Source: Eledone cirrhosa
Lineage: Eukaryota
Assembly: GCA_964016885.1 (NCBI GenBank)
Contig: OZ024763.1
Span: 14,818,001-14,882,000, forward strand
Direction: 5' to 3'
Length of the DNA stretch: 64,000 bases
The translations under genes were made by a program, and so were the position numbers. The notes beneath the pieces were generated by a model that worked only from the letters and a program-made list of their open reading frames with translations, made no database searches and had not been told where the DNA came from. Shown piece by piece: positions 1-13,713 of the stretch. The stretch's first letter is position 1. Each line of letters begins with the position of its first letter.

Positions 1-637
1 GTGGTGGTAGTGGTGGTGAAGGTCGTGGTGGTAATGGTGGTGGTAGTGGTGGTGAAGGTGGTGGTAATGGTGGTGGTGGTAGTGGTGGTGAAGGTGGTGG
101 TGGTGGCGGTGGTGGTAATGGTGGTGGTAGTGGTGGTGAAGGTGGTGGTGGTAATGGTGGTGGTAGTATGGTGAAGGTGGTGGTAGTGGTGGTGAAGGTG
201 GTGGTGGTGGTCGTGGTGGTGGTGGTCGTGGTGTTTTGCAAAGGTTCTTGCAGGTTTTCTGACAATTGTTTTGTCATCTAACCATCAACTAACATTCCAT
301 CCGGACTTTAACACTCTCTAAACGCCGCCATGTCATGTCAGTAGTCACCAGTTGAGGATGTGACGTATCGTGTCACCAGCATTCATCACACACACACAAT
401 ATACATATATATATTTTATATATATAAATATTTATTAAAATAACAGATTAAAGTTTAAACAAAGAATCGCTGCTTTCGCCCTTAAAGATCCCGTTAAGGG
501 TGAAAGCAGCGATTCTTTGCTTAAACTTTAATCTGTTATTTTAATAAATATTTGCTCTACGGTTCTTATATATTTGATATATATTTATCCTTATCGAGCC
601 CTCTTTGGATTTTAGTCTTCACATTTATTATTATTAC

Positions 638-693
<56 letters not shown>

Positions 694-746
694 TAATATA
701 TATTATCATATATAGTATAATATATATATATATATTATCATATATA

Positions 747-796
<50 letters not shown>

Positions 797-881
797 AACA
801 AGTATGACCCACTCTACTACCCTAAGTATTGAGTACTTTGGTACGTTATGGTCTATCTGGTTCCTTACCACATTTCCTTCG

Positions 882-959
<78 letters not shown>

Positions 960-968
<9 letters not shown>

Positions 969-1394
969 TTCTATTTAAATTGTTGGGATACAACAAGCAA
1001 ATATTTTTATAACTGATATAAAGCACTCAACAAATATTTGGAGTAAAAATACGATATTAACAAATGGAAACTATATTTATAAAACCATATTTATTTCATT
1101 ATACATTCAAGGACACCAAGTTAAATTATGGTGTGTTTTCATCAGATAAAATATAATATAGAGCAGTTTTATAAATAAATATTGACATACCCGTAAAGAA
1201 TGCAACCATTACTGTTGGAAGCTCCCGGATAGTAATGGTTGCATTTTTTAAGGGTATGTCAATATTTATTTATAAAACTGATCTATATTATATTTTATCT
1301 GATGAAAGCACACCATAATTTAACTTGGTGTCCTTGAAATATGTATAATGAAATAAATATGGTTTTATAAATATAGTTTCCATTTGTTAATATC

Positions 1395-1400
<6 letters not shown>
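960..1400. mobile_element. Penelope-derived inverted-repeat element (family A)
   Basis: Inverted arms of about 160 bp around 1220, bounded by (TA)n, each arm with a hammerhead core. Family also at about 12090-12460, 14210-14630, 29480-29660, 47870-48100 and 59970-60300. Confidence 0.6.
1291..1355 (+). ncRNA. Minimal type I hammerhead ribozyme (AT-rich family A)
   Basis: TATTTTAT-CTGATGA-AAGcACACCA(taatttaact)TGGTGTcCTT-GAAA-TATGTA-TA^ATGAAATA; 8-bp stem I. A decayed inverted copy lies at about 1092-1153. Confidence 0.75.
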
Positions 1401-1447
<47 letters not shown>

Positions 1448-1486
1448 CATATATAATATAATATATATATATATATATAATATATA

Positions 1487-1569
<83 letters not shown>

Positions 1570-1570
<1 letters not shown>

Positions 1571-1760
1571 GCCTTCTACAGGACTAGAACTGTTTCATTC
1601 GGGAGAAATCATTAGGGTTTTCCTGATGATTTCTCCCGTATGAAACAGTTCTAGTCCTGTAGAAGCCATTTCTATATTAAATATTTATACTCTGCTATGT
1701 ATTAAGTACCTTACTTACTGTGGTTGCCCCCGATTGAACCCGGGATAAACTTATATCTGT
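1570..1760. mobile_element. Penelope-derived short inverted-repeat element (family B) with hammerhead core at 1623-1667
   Basis: Palindrome centred near 1618 (ctacaggactagaactgtttcat ... atgaaacagttctagtcctgtag), flanked by (TA)n. Other family members at about 10140-10320, 13660-13810, 29680-29860, 41730-41920 and 53110-53190. Confidence 0.6.
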
Positions 1761-1849
1761 ATATATATAGAACATACGTAATAACACGGCCAAAACAATG
1801 CCTAAGCACTGTCTGAACATAGTGTGAGCACTGCCTAAACACTGGTTGA

Positions 1850-2230
1850 ACGTTGGGTCAACGCTGTCTCAATACTGGCTGAAGAGTGGGACAACAGTGG
1901 GACAACATTCGGTCAACACTGGATCAACGCTGGATCAACATTGGATCAACATTGGAACAACATTGAGTCAACACTGGATCAATACTGGATCAACAGTGGG
2001 GGGGGGGGGCAAATTGGCTGAACATTGGATCAACACAGGAATGAACATTGGCTCAACATTGGGATGGCATTGGGCCGACGCTGGATCAACGCTGGATCAA
2101 CGCTGGATCAATGCGGATCAATGCGGATCAACGCTGGATCAATGCGGATCAATTCGGATCAACGCTGGATCAATGCGGATCAATGCGGATCAACGCTGGA
2201 TCAACAGTGGGTCAACATTGGCTGAACATT
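1850..2230. repeat. 10-11-bp degenerate minisatellite (ggatcaacgct / ggatcaatgc)
   Basis: Directly visible periodicity. Confidence 0.85.
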
Positions 2231-3646
2231 GGTGGTGATGGGAGTGATGTGGTGGTCATAATGGTGGTGACAACGATGATGTTGTTGGTGGTGATGATGG
2301 TGTTGGTGGTGGTGGTGGTTGTGGTTGTGGTAGTGATGTCGTGGTCGAAATTGTGGGAACGATGGTCTTGTTGGTGGTGGTGATGGTGGTGGTATTGATG
2401 ATGGTAATGGCGATGGTGGTGGTGGTGGTGGTGGTGGTGATGATGGTGGTGGTGATGATGGTGATGGCGATGCTGATGGTGGTGGTGGTGGTGGTGGTGA
2501 CGGTGGTGGTTGTGGTGGCGATGTCGTGATCGGAATTGTAGTGGGAACGATGGTCTTGTTGTTGGTGGTGGTGGTATTGATGATGGTGATGGCGATGGTG
2601 GTGGTGGTGTTGGTGATGGTGGCGGTGGTGGTGGTGATGGTGGTTTTGGTGGTAGTGATGATGGTGGTGGTGGTGGTGGTGGCGATGGTGGTGGTGGTAG
2701 TGATGGTGATGGTGGTGGTGGTGGTGGTGGTGGTGGTGGTGATGATGGTGGTTGTGGTGGTGGTGGTGGTGGTGGTGGTGATGATGGTGGTAGTGATGGT
2801 GATGATGGTGGTGGTGGTGGTGGTGGTGATTGTGGTGGTGGTGGTGATGATGGTGTTGATGGTAGTGATGGTGATGATGGTGGTGGTGGTGGTAGTGATG
2901 GTGATGATGGTGATGATGGTGGTGGTGGTGGTTGTGGTGGTAGTCTTGGTGATGATGGTATTGATGGTGGTGGTGGTGATGATGGTGGTGGTGGTGATGG
3001 TGGTGGTGGTGGTGGTTGTGTTGACGCTGGTGGTTATGGTAGTGGTGGTGGTGATGTCGTCACCCTGGTAGTGGTGACGATGGTGGTGGTGATTATGGTG
3101 ATGACTATAGTGACGGTAGTGGTATTGATGATGATGGTGGTGCTGGTGGTGCTGGTGATGGTGGTGGTGGTATTGGTGTTGGTGCTCTTCATCGCCGTGA
3201 TGGCGGGAGAGGGTTCATATGGTATGCTGGGAAGGGGTAATTCTATAAGACCCCCGCAATAATGCGAGGGATCACCTTCTCAGGTTCCCTACAGAGAAGA
3301 CATTCACTGCCTGGCGAAACTCTAGATGAAACTTAATTGAATTCTGTAAGTAAAAACCTTCTTTACGATGTTCACAGCGTTTGTAAGACATATATTTTGT
3401 GGGGGTGGGGGGGGGGGTTAGAGAAGAAGGGGCCGGTTCTTCGAAAGCTTTCAAGGTTTAGGAGTTCGAAGGCTTGGTGGTGGTGGTGGTGATGGTGTTG
3501 GTGGTGGTGGTGGTGTTGTTGTTGGTGGTGGTGTTGTTGTTGTTGGTGGTGGTGGTGGTGTTGTTGGTGGTGGTGGTGGTGGTGGTGTTGTTGGTGGTTG
3601 TTGTTGTTGTTGTTGGTGGTGGTGGTGTTGTTGTTGTTGGTGGTGG

Positions 3647-3677
<31 letters not shown>

Positions 3678-3694
3678 GGTGTTGGTGGTGGTGG

Positions 3695-3725
<31 letters not shown>

Positions 3726-3739
3726 GTTGTTGTTGGTGG

Positions 3740-3770
<31 letters not shown>

Positions 3771-3780
3771 GGTGGTGTTG

Positions 3781-3812
<32 letters not shown>

Positions 3813-4035
3813 GGTGGTGGTGGTGGTCGTCGTTGCGGTAGTGGTGGTGGTGTTGTTGGTAGTGGTGGTGTTGTTGTTGTTGTTGGTGGTGGTTGTGGTG
3901 GTGGTGGTGGTTGTGGTTGTGTTGTTGTTGTGGTGATGGTGGGGGGTAGTGGTGGCAGCGGCGGTTGTGGTGGTTGTGTTGTTGTTGTTGTGGTGATGGT
4001 GGTGCTGGTGGTGGTGGTGGTGGTGGTGATGGCGG
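2230..4035. repeat. (GGT/GAT/GTT)n trinucleotide low-complexity tracts
   Basis: Direct observation; similar tracts at 1-230, 8280-8705, 33000-34180 and 45130-46168. Confidence 0.9.
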
Positions 4036-4108
4036 GGAAGGTATGCGGGAAGTCTTGTGATCTCTACAATTTGGGCTGTCAATTTGTTTGTTTATCGGCA
4101 GAGAGAAC

Positions 4109-4184
<76 letters not shown>

Positions 4185-4445
4185 TCATCATCATCATTGT
4201 TTAACGTCTATCTTCCACGCTAGCATGGGTTAGACAGGTTTGTCCCATTTAGAGGCAAGTTGGGTCAGGTGATCCTGTCTCGCTCTTATAGGTCTGTTTC
4301 TGGCTGGTTTTCTACAGCTGGATGCCCTTCCTAATGCCAAACACATTTACAATGTGTGGTGGGTGCTTTTTGACGTGTCTTTTACACAACCACTTTACAG
4401 TGTGGGCTCGATGTTTTGTGGTCCAACATATATATATACATATAT

Positions 4446-4588
<143 letters not shown>

Positions 4589-5037
4589 ACCTTGGTCTTC
4601 CTCTTCTAGTCTGTCCATGTAGGGGCTCCCAAAGGACAGACACTGGTCTGTTGGAGACGCAGGACATGGCAGCGATAATGAGGGACAGAGACCGCTGGAG
4701 AGAACTCGTCCATGGATCTCGGGAATTTTACCCGCCTTAGATAGATAGATATATATATAAGAGAATATTAGTCTACAACTTCTTTTATACCATAAACGTG
4801 GTTCTGTCTTTGCGTGTAATTGTTTTCCACCGCTCCTATTAATGACGTATTATATTCGTTTTTTTCCCGTTCATTGCCAGGGAACGTTTCCACGAACCAA
4901 AGTATCGTCTTCCTGTCTTCCTCCGGTTGCAACGTTTTTTGAAATATTCACTTCTGCGTTCACAGATTGACTTTGTTAGTTTCAGAAGATCCCGTTAAGG
5001 GTGAAAGCAGCGATTCTTTGCTTAAACTTTAATCTGT

Positions 5038-5098
<61 letters not shown>

Positions 5099-5402
5099 TA
5101 AAAGGAAAAGAAAATGCTGACAAATTGTTCCCAGTGAAAAATAGTTTAATTAGGAATAAGTAAAAATTAGTAATAGTATTGGTTAGTATTCAGTTTTGGT
5201 TTTAAGTTTTATGCATTTCAGGCTTAACTGGCTTTCGTCAGGACGGTCCCTACCACCGGTGGAAGGGACCGTCCTACCATCTCTACCACCACTAATTTTT
5301 ACTTATTCCTAATTAAACTATTTTTCACTGGGAACAATTTGTCAGCATTTTCTTTTCCTTTTACCAATATATCATAACTCGTGTGTTACACCTCTATTCT
5401 TT

Positions 5403-5455
<53 letters not shown>

Positions 5456-5506
5456 CGTTTCTGAATTTGTTTAGCAACATGACCCTCCCAAAGTATAACA
5501 ATATAT

Positions 5507-5559
<53 letters not shown>

Positions 5560-6045
5560 AGTATTGAAGTTTCCGTTGAAAATTGAAAAAGTCAGAGGAA
5601 TGAAGAGTGCTCTATGTAAGTTACAGAGCTAAATACATGTATGTGGTTGCGCGTGTGTGTATGTTTATACGCGTGCGTCCTTTCATCCTTGTATGTGTAT
5701 ATATTTCAACCCTTAGTCGGTGAGTCTGTATATACGCTAACTCCATTATAATTCCTTTTTCAACATATATATATATACGTATTTGTGGTCACACATACAC
5801 TGATATGCTTGCCCTCATGTATGTACTTACGCACACATTTTTTCACTATACACATGCATTTGTACATTCACATACATGTATATTTGCAAGTGCATATACA
5901 CACATTTATACACATCCCCTTACTATATTTTTATTTTTTTATTTTTTATACATCTCTTGTATTATTACTTTTATTTATTTTTTATTGCCCGGTAAAATTT
6001 TGCCTTTCTTGAGGAGATTTTTCAAATATTTCACTATGTTTTAAA

Positions 6046-6119
6046 TTGCCTTGTCTGACGAACGAATGCGGACGTGTCTTGTATTCGTCTTATTCGGGAA
6101 ACCTCTGGTAATGAGGTAA
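6046..6119 (+). ncRNA. Type I hammerhead ribozyme-like fold
   Basis: TTGCCTTGT-CTGACGA-aCGAAT...ATTCGg-GAAA-CC(tct)GG-TA^ATGAGGTAA; 9-bp stem I including GU pairs. A decayed relative lies at about 39550-39617. Confidence 0.65.
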
Positions 6120-6152
6120 TTATACTGTATTGTTTGTTATACATTAAATAAT

Positions 6153-6406
<254 letters not shown>

Positions 6407-6516
6407 TTATATATACATAGATATAGATATATATCGATCGACTGTCGATATATATATATGTATGTATATTTGTATAATATATAATATTATATAATATATA
6501 TATATATATATATCTA

Positions 6517-6753
6517 AAGCGGGTAAAATTCCCGAGATCCATGGACGAGTTCTCTCCAGCGGTCTCTGTCCCTCATTATCGCTGCCATGTCCTGCGTCTC
6601 CAACAGACCAGTGTCTGTCCTTAGAGCATCAACATACGTTAACCTTGGTCTTCCTCTTCTAGTGTGTCCATGTAGGGGCTCCCAAAGGAGCACTGAGTGC
6701 AATGTCAACTCTGGATGTCGGTGAGCATGTCCAGCTAACCTCAGTCTCCTCTG
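6517..6753 (-). mobile_element. RTE-like LINE 3' fragment
   Basis: Peptide RLRLAGHAHRHPELTLHSVLLWEPLHGHTRRGRPRLTYVDAL; other copies at about 4590-4740 and 39985-40345. Confidence 0.7.
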
Positions 6754-6965
6754 TATATATATATATATATATATTGGAAAATGTGTGAGATCCTTGGTAC
6801 AGTTAGGTATATTTGAAAAAAAGGAAAAGAATTACTTCACTTGTTGTGTTAAAAAATTTATGATTTAATGTTATGATATAATATTATAATATTATATTAA
6901 ATCAAATTTGTTAACACTACAAGTGAAATCATTCCTTTCCTTTTTTTCAAATATATATATACATG

Positions 6966-7003
<38 letters not shown>

Positions 7004-7185
7004 CAGTCGATCGACAAATCAGACCGAGGAAACAATTTTTCCATTGGTCTTTCCAATTGCTAATACTATCTATCGGTCGCAACTCCAGGAAGAAAGAGCA
7101 ATGTGAAATAAAGTGCCTTGCTCAAGGATATCGAACTCACAACTTCGCGATTGCGAATCCAATTCTCTAACCACTCAGCCACGTG

Positions 7186-7274
<89 letters not shown>

Positions 7275-7748
7275 AGGAACAGAGAACAAAAAACAGAGAG
7301 CCAGTACAAATGATATTAGTATTAGTTTCACGCTTGAGAGTGAGGGGGAGGGGCGACGTTTCGGGCATAAGTCCTTCATCACGAGAACAGTGGATAGGAA
7401 GAGAGTTCCGAGGGTGTGTGGGGGAGTGGTGGAAAGACATTTTTAAAAAACGGGGGGAGGAGTGAAAAGGGAGGAAAAACAATTTTTTTACAGAGTAAAG
7501 GACATTTTTTTAAAGTACAAATAGAAATATATAACGAAGGAAGTGTGGTGAGGAACCTGGTGGACCATAACACACCAAAGTACTCAATACTTAGGGTAGG
7601 AGAGTGGGTAATAGGAAATTGTTCAAGACCCCGACGGCAGAGCTCGAGCCGTTTCGACGGCTAATTCTGGACGTATATATATGTATATATATGTATATAT
7701 ATATATATACATATATATACATACATATATATATATATATACATATAA

Positions 7749-7885
<137 letters not shown>

Positions 7886-7973
7886 TATACATATATATAC
7901 GTCCATATATATATATATGTATATGTATATATATATATTTATATATATATACATATATATATATATACGTCCA

Positions 7974-8004
<31 letters not shown>

Positions 8005-8109
8005 GTATATATATATATATGTGACATGTGTCCATGTGTCCATGTGTGTGCATGTGTGTGCGTGTGTACATGTGTATGTATTATGTTCATGTGTGTGTGT
8101 TTGCGAGTG

Positions 8110-8140
<31 letters not shown>

Positions 8141-8709
8141 CTGTGTATCTATGTAAAATATACAGTATGTATGTCGATACAAATTTAGTAATTTGTATTC
8201 TTGCCGAGGTTCTTCTATGAGATGACATGGGATGTCAGTAAGTTAATTTTTATTCGGGGTGTTGTACACTCGGGTGGATGATGGTGGGGGGGGGGGGGGG
8301 GTACTGGTTGTGGGGGGGGTGATGGTGGTGGTGGTGGTGGTGGTGGTGGTGGTGTGGTGGTGTGGTGGTGTGGTGGTGGTGGTGGTGGTGGTAGTGGTGG
8401 TAGTGTGGTGGTGTGGTGGTGTGGTGGTGGTGGTGGTGGTGGTGGTGGTGGTGGTGGTGGTAGTGTGGTGGTGTGGTGGTGTGGTGGTGGTGGTGTGGTG
8501 GTGGTGTCGTGTGGTGGTGTGGGGGTGAGTGTGGGGGTGTGGGGGGTGGCAGTGGTCGGGTGGATGATGGTGGTTGTGGTGGAGGTGGTGGGGTGGATAA
8601 TGGTGGTGGAAGGTCCTGGTTGTGGTGGGGTGGATGATGGTTGTGGTGGTGGTGGTGGTAGTGTGGTGGCGTGGTGGTGGGTGGGGGGGGGGGGGGGGGG
8701 GGGGCTAGC

Positions 8710-8909
8710 NNNNNNNNNNNNNNNNNNNNNNNNNNNNNNNNNNNNNNNNNNNNNNNNNNNNNNNNNNNNNNNNNNNNNNNNNNNNNNNNNNNNNNNNNNN
8801 NNNNNNNNNNNNNNNNNNNNNNNNNNNNNNNNNNNNNNNNNNNNNNNNNNNNNNNNNNNNNNNNNNNNNNNNNNNNNNNNNNNNNNNNNNNNNNNNNNNN
8901 NNNNNNNNN
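8710..8909. other. Assembly gap (200 N)
   Basis: Run of n characters. Confidence 0.99.
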
Positions 8910-9086
8910 TCTTACCTCCTTTTGACAAGAGTACATCGCTAACATATCTTACCTTCTTTTGTGAAGAGTGACACTAACATATCTTACCTTCTTTTGTGAA
9001 GAGTAATACTAACATATCTTATCTTCTTTTGTGAAGAGTACCTCTTAACATATCTTACCTTGTGAAGAGTAACTAACAGATCTTAC

Positions 9087-9197
9087 CTTCTTTTGTGAAG
9101 AGTACCTCATTTCTTCCAAGTCCTCCTCCTTCTCCTCCATCTCCTTTATGTGTTGTTGACGGAGATTCTGTAAATTCATCTCCAGACGTAGTTTGGT
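9087..9197 (-). CDS. MYO18A: Myosin XVIII-like exon (last found in window): TKLRLEMNLQNLRQQHIKEMEEKEEDLEEMRYSSQKK
   Basis: Acceptor tttgtctttcTAG|ACC and donor AAG|GTAAGA; 111 nt, phase 0/0. Resembles MYO18A [37 protein letters not shown]. Confidence 0.92.
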
Positions 9198-9231
9198 CTA
9201 GAAAGACAAATGACAGATGTGGTCAGTTAGA

Positions 9232-9840
9232 GACTGGACAGTGGGTGAATTGTATAGACTGGACAGTGGGTGTATAATATACACTGGACAGTGAATATAT
9301 ATTATAGACTGGACAGTGGGTATATATTATAGAGTGGACAGAGGGTATAAAGTATAGATACACTGGACAGTGGGTATATATTATACATACATTGGATAGT
9401 GGGTATATATTATACATACACTGGACAGTGGGTTTATAGTATAGATACACTGGACAGTGGGTTTATAGTATAGATACAGTGGACAGTGTGTTTATAGTAT
9501 AGATACAGTGGACAGTGTGTTTATAGTATAGATACACTGAACAGTGGGTTTATAGTATAGATACAGTGGACAGTGGGTTTATAGTATAGATACAGTGGAC
9601 AGTGGGTTTATAGTATAGATACAGTGGACAGTGTGTTTATAGTATAGATACAGTGGACAGTGTGTTTATAGTATAGATACACTGAACAGTGGGTTTATAG
9701 TATAGATACAGTGGACAGTGGGTTTATAGTATAGATACAGTGGACAGTGGGTTTATAGTATAGATACACTGGACAGTGGGTTTATAGTATAGATACACTG
9801 GACAGTGGGTTTATAGTATAGATACACTGGACAGTGGGTA
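9232..9840. repeat. 29-bp minisatellite (about 20 copies)
   Basis: Unit ctggacagtgggtttatagtatagataca, starting about 35 nt from the 9197 acceptor. Confidence 0.9.
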
Positions 9841-10318
9841 TATGTTATACAGTGGTGAATAGTATGTCATAGATATTCTTGACTGGACATTGAATGTGTT
9901 AGACATTGGTCAGTGATGTCTTGTAGATACATTAATCAGCAAGGGGAGACAAATCAAACACTGTAAACACAAATTTTTAGGAAATGCAGTACTGATTGAA
10001 ACAAGAGCATTGTGAAATGAAAACATGGAGGCAGTATTAAACACAATCATTTTTGACAGGTACTAAGTTAGTATAAATGTATATATGTTTATCTGTGTAG
10101 ATGTGCACACACACACACATAAATATATATATTTATGTGTGAGTCCCGGGTTCAATCAGAGGGTAACCACAGTAAGTAAGGTACTCAATACATAGCAGAG
10201 TATATACAAGATTTAATATAGAAATGGTTTCTACAGGACTAGAACTGTTTCATTCAAAGGAAGTCATAAGGAAATGGAACAGTTCTAGTCCTGTAGAAGA
10301 CATGTCTATATTAAATCT

Positions 10319-10376
<58 letters not shown>

Positions 10377-11361
10377 TAAATTGGGCATCGAAAATTTGAA
10401 ATATTTTTTGCTCAAAACACTCACTCGACCATAAGTATTACATGTGTAAAGTTTGGAAACAATCGGTTGGGTGGTTCTCGAGTTTTAGGGGGACAGACAG
10501 ACATTCTCTGTTATAGATATATATAGATGTCTGTGTGTGTGTAATAAGCCCAGTGTATATGTGTATGTGTATATATGTATGTCAAGTGTATATATATATA
10601 TATATATGTGTGTATATGTCCAGTGTATGTGTATGTGTGTGTGTCCAGTGTATGTGTATGTGTATATATATGTGTGTGTCCAGTGTCCTGTGTGTGCGTG
10701 AGAGTGTCCAGTGTGTGTATATATGTGTGTGTCAGTGTCATGTGTGTCCAGTATGTGTGTCAGTGTCCAGTGTGTATGTCAGTGTCATGTGTATGTGTGT
10801 GTCCAGTGTGTGTGTGTGTCAGTGTCCAGTGTGTGTGTGTGTCAGTGTCCAGTATGTGCGTATGTGAGTGTCCAGTGTGTGCGTGAGAGTGTCCAGTGTA
10901 TGTGTGTATGTGAGTGTCCAGTGTGTGTATATATGTGTGTGTATCAGTGTCCAGTGTGTGTGTGTGTGTATGTCAGTGTCGTGTATGTCAGTGTCATGTA
11001 TATGTGTGTGTCCAGTGTGTGTGTGTGTGTGTCAGTGTCCTGTGTGTGTGTGTGTCCAGTGTCCTGTGTGTGGTCATTCAGTAAAGGCAGCTGCGTCATG
11101 TAAGAGGATGGTCATCAGTTCCAGCAGCTGTCCAAAGACATTCTCCACATCTCACCTAATGAGAGAGACACACTGGACAGTGGTCAGACTATAGAGTGCC
11201 GGGAATGGTGGGGGGTCCTAGCTATTTTGGTCACTCTCACAGACCTTGCAAGGTCAGGAGATTTTTGGACAATCGCACAGAATCTGGGGCACAGAAAACA
11301 AAAGAAAACCACCACAAAAAAACTTCACTCTATGAACATGCATGCGTGTGTGTGTTTGTGT

Positions 11362-11402
<41 letters not shown>

Positions 11403-11671
11403 TGTGTGTATGTGTGTGTGTGTGTATGAAAAATATATATACATATAAATACACAGACACACACAGACATGTACATGTGCTTTGTGCCCCAGCATGGCCA
11501 CAGTCTAATCACTGAAATGAGTAAAATAAAGTAATGTAACGTCATCATTGTCATTTAACATCCACCTTGCCTGCTAAGATGGGTTGGACAGGTCTGCAGA
11601 GAAAAACAGACGTTAAGACGATGATGATGATGATGATGATGGTGATATATGAGCGTGTCTGTGTGTGTGTG

Positions 11672-11722
<51 letters not shown>

Positions 11723-11732
11723 ATGATATTAA

Positions 11733-12089
11733 ACACCCACAAAATTGTTAACCATGTTGCCAACAACAACCCTGAGTGCCTTTTCGATTTCCATGTGTCT
11801 AACACACGTGGGCATGCCCACAAAGTAAGAAAACAGCACAGTTCCCATGACTTTCGGAAACATTTTTTCACGCTCAGAGTTGCTGAAGCATGGAACAAAC
11901 TCCCTGCATCAGTTGTTAGCTGTCGAGACACTGCATCCTTTAAGGCCTCCATGCTTCCCGAGATCCGCCAACACTACAGCTAACACATACAAACATGTAC
12001 TTCCCTGACATTTGTGTATTATTCTATGTACTATATTGACGAGTTGTAGTGCACCTGAGCACTTTACACAATAATTTCATTATTATTAA
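11733..12089 (+). mobile_element. CR1/L2-group LINE 3' end
   Basis: Peptide TRGHAHKVRKQHSSHDFRKHFFTLRVAEAWNKLPASVV and (ATT)n tail. Confidence 0.82.
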
Positions 12090-12216
12090 TAAATGGAAAC
12101 TGTATTTATAAAACCATATTTATTCTATTATATATATTTTTCCTGGATACCCAGGAAAAACGTGAACCGTTAAGATCTCCTTCCTGGATATGTCAATATT
12201 TATAAAACAAACTTTG

Positions 12217-12277
12217 TATTTTATCTGATGAGAGCGTACCAAAGTTTTGGTACCCTTGAAATATATATAATAGAATA
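12217..12277 (+). ncRNA. Minimal type I hammerhead ribozyme (family A, different stem II)
   Basis: TATTTTAT-CTGATGA-GAGcGTACCAA(agt)TTTGGTACcCTT-GAAA-TATATA-TA^ATAGAATA. Confidence 0.78.
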
Positions 12278-12456
12278 AATATGGTTTTAAAATGAACAGT
12301 GTATTTGTTTGTATTTGTTTAAATATGGTTTTATAAATATAGTTTCCATTTATTAATATCATTGTATATTATACTCCAGAAAACTTGTCGAGTGCTTCAA
12401 ATCAGTTATAAACAAATATATTTGTTGAATTACCAACAAATTAAATATCCCTTTTG

Positions 12457-12512
<56 letters not shown>

Positions 12513-12634
12513 TAGATAGATACATTGAGTAATGGTTTAACCAGTGTCAAACTGAATCCGTCCTGGTTTATTTATATATATATGATGATGATGATGATAT
12601 ATATATATACACACACACACATGAATACACACAT

Positions 12635-13550
12635 CATCATCATCATCATCATCATCATCGTTTAACGTCTGTGTTCCACGCTTGCATGGGTTTGGACGGG
12701 AGTTTTCCCACTTGAGGCAAGAGTGGTTGTCTTGCTCGCATAGGACTGTCTGGCGGGTTTTCTACAGCTGGATGCCCTTCCTAACACCAACCACGTTTAC
12801 AGTGTGGGGCTGGGAGGTTTTTACCGTGTTACTTACACGGCCACATTACAGCGTGGACTGTCTGGCGGGTTTTCTACAGCTGGATGCCCTTCCTAACACC
12901 AACCACATTTACAGTGTGGGGCTGGGAGGTTTTTACCGTGTTGCCTACACGGCCACATTACAGCGTGGACTGTCTGGCGGGTTTTCTACAGCTGGATGCC
13001 CTTCCTAACACCAACCACATTTACAGTGTGGGGCTGGGAGGTTTTTACCGTGTTGCCTACACGGCCACATTACAGAGTGGACTGTCTGGCGGGTTTTCTA
13101 CAGCTGGATGCCCTTCCTAACACCAACCACATTTACAGTGTGGGGCTGGGAGGTTTTTACCGTGTTGCCTACACGGCCACATTACAGCGTGGACTGTGTG
13201 TTTTTTTGTCGTGACACCTACACGATCTCATTTGTTTCGGCCTGGATGTTGTGGGACCAACATAACTTTACATTGAAAGGGCCGGTGTGGGTGGGGTGGA
13301 GGTGGTGGGACGGGGGTGTATTTTGTTAGAGATGCCTACTGACTGTAGTAGGTTTTACTTTGTATTTAGGTAAGGCAGGTCTTCTCTATTACTGAGTACC
13401 GCCAAAGGTCTCGGTCCAGTGACATTGTCTTGGAGAGGTGTAAGCGTGTGAGGTCGGAATTTATCAGCTCGTCCCAGGTTTTTCTGGGTCTGCCTACTCC
13501 GTGGCTACCGTCTATCTTTATTGCCCTGCACTTTGTTATACAGCTGTTAT
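12635..13550 (-). mobile_element. RTE-clade LINE 3' end with a 112-bp unit tandemly expanded about 4 times (12745-13197)
   Basis: Peptide [31 protein letters not shown] and (TGA)n tail; the ORF starts at 12884, 12996 and 13108 give the 112-bp period. Confidence 0.8.
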
Positions 13551-13659
13551 ACATTTATATATACAGGCACAAACATATATATATATCCCTCCACTATCAA
13601 TCCCTTTCCCCACCTTTAATCACCCTCCCCAACACCATTCCAATGAAACAAATATTGCC

Positions 13660-13713
13660 TGACTTTCCTGATGATATTTTATGAATGAAACAGTTCTAGA
13701 CCTGTAGAGGTCA
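13660..13713 (+). ncRNA. Type I hammerhead ribozyme-like fold (family B)
   Basis: TGACTTTC-CTGATGA-tattttatgaat-GAAA-CAG(ttctagac)CTG-TA^GAGGTCA; stem I differs from other copies but still pairs; stem II weak. Confidence 0.5.

Noticed and set aside
3451-4110. Pro/Gln/His-rich minus-strand ORF (PNCRDHKTSRIPSPPS...QQQHHH)
   Set aside because: Mostly (CAC/CAA)n. The nearest acceptor is weak, and in the phase required by the upstream myosin exon it reads PKL-stop.
7530-7670. Repeat family with GAAAC-GGC..GCC-GTC on the minus strand (also about 800, 22995, 29415, 59125)
   Set aside because: Looks like the 3' half of a hammerhead, but no copy here retains CUGANGA and stem I, so it is not called as a ribozyme.
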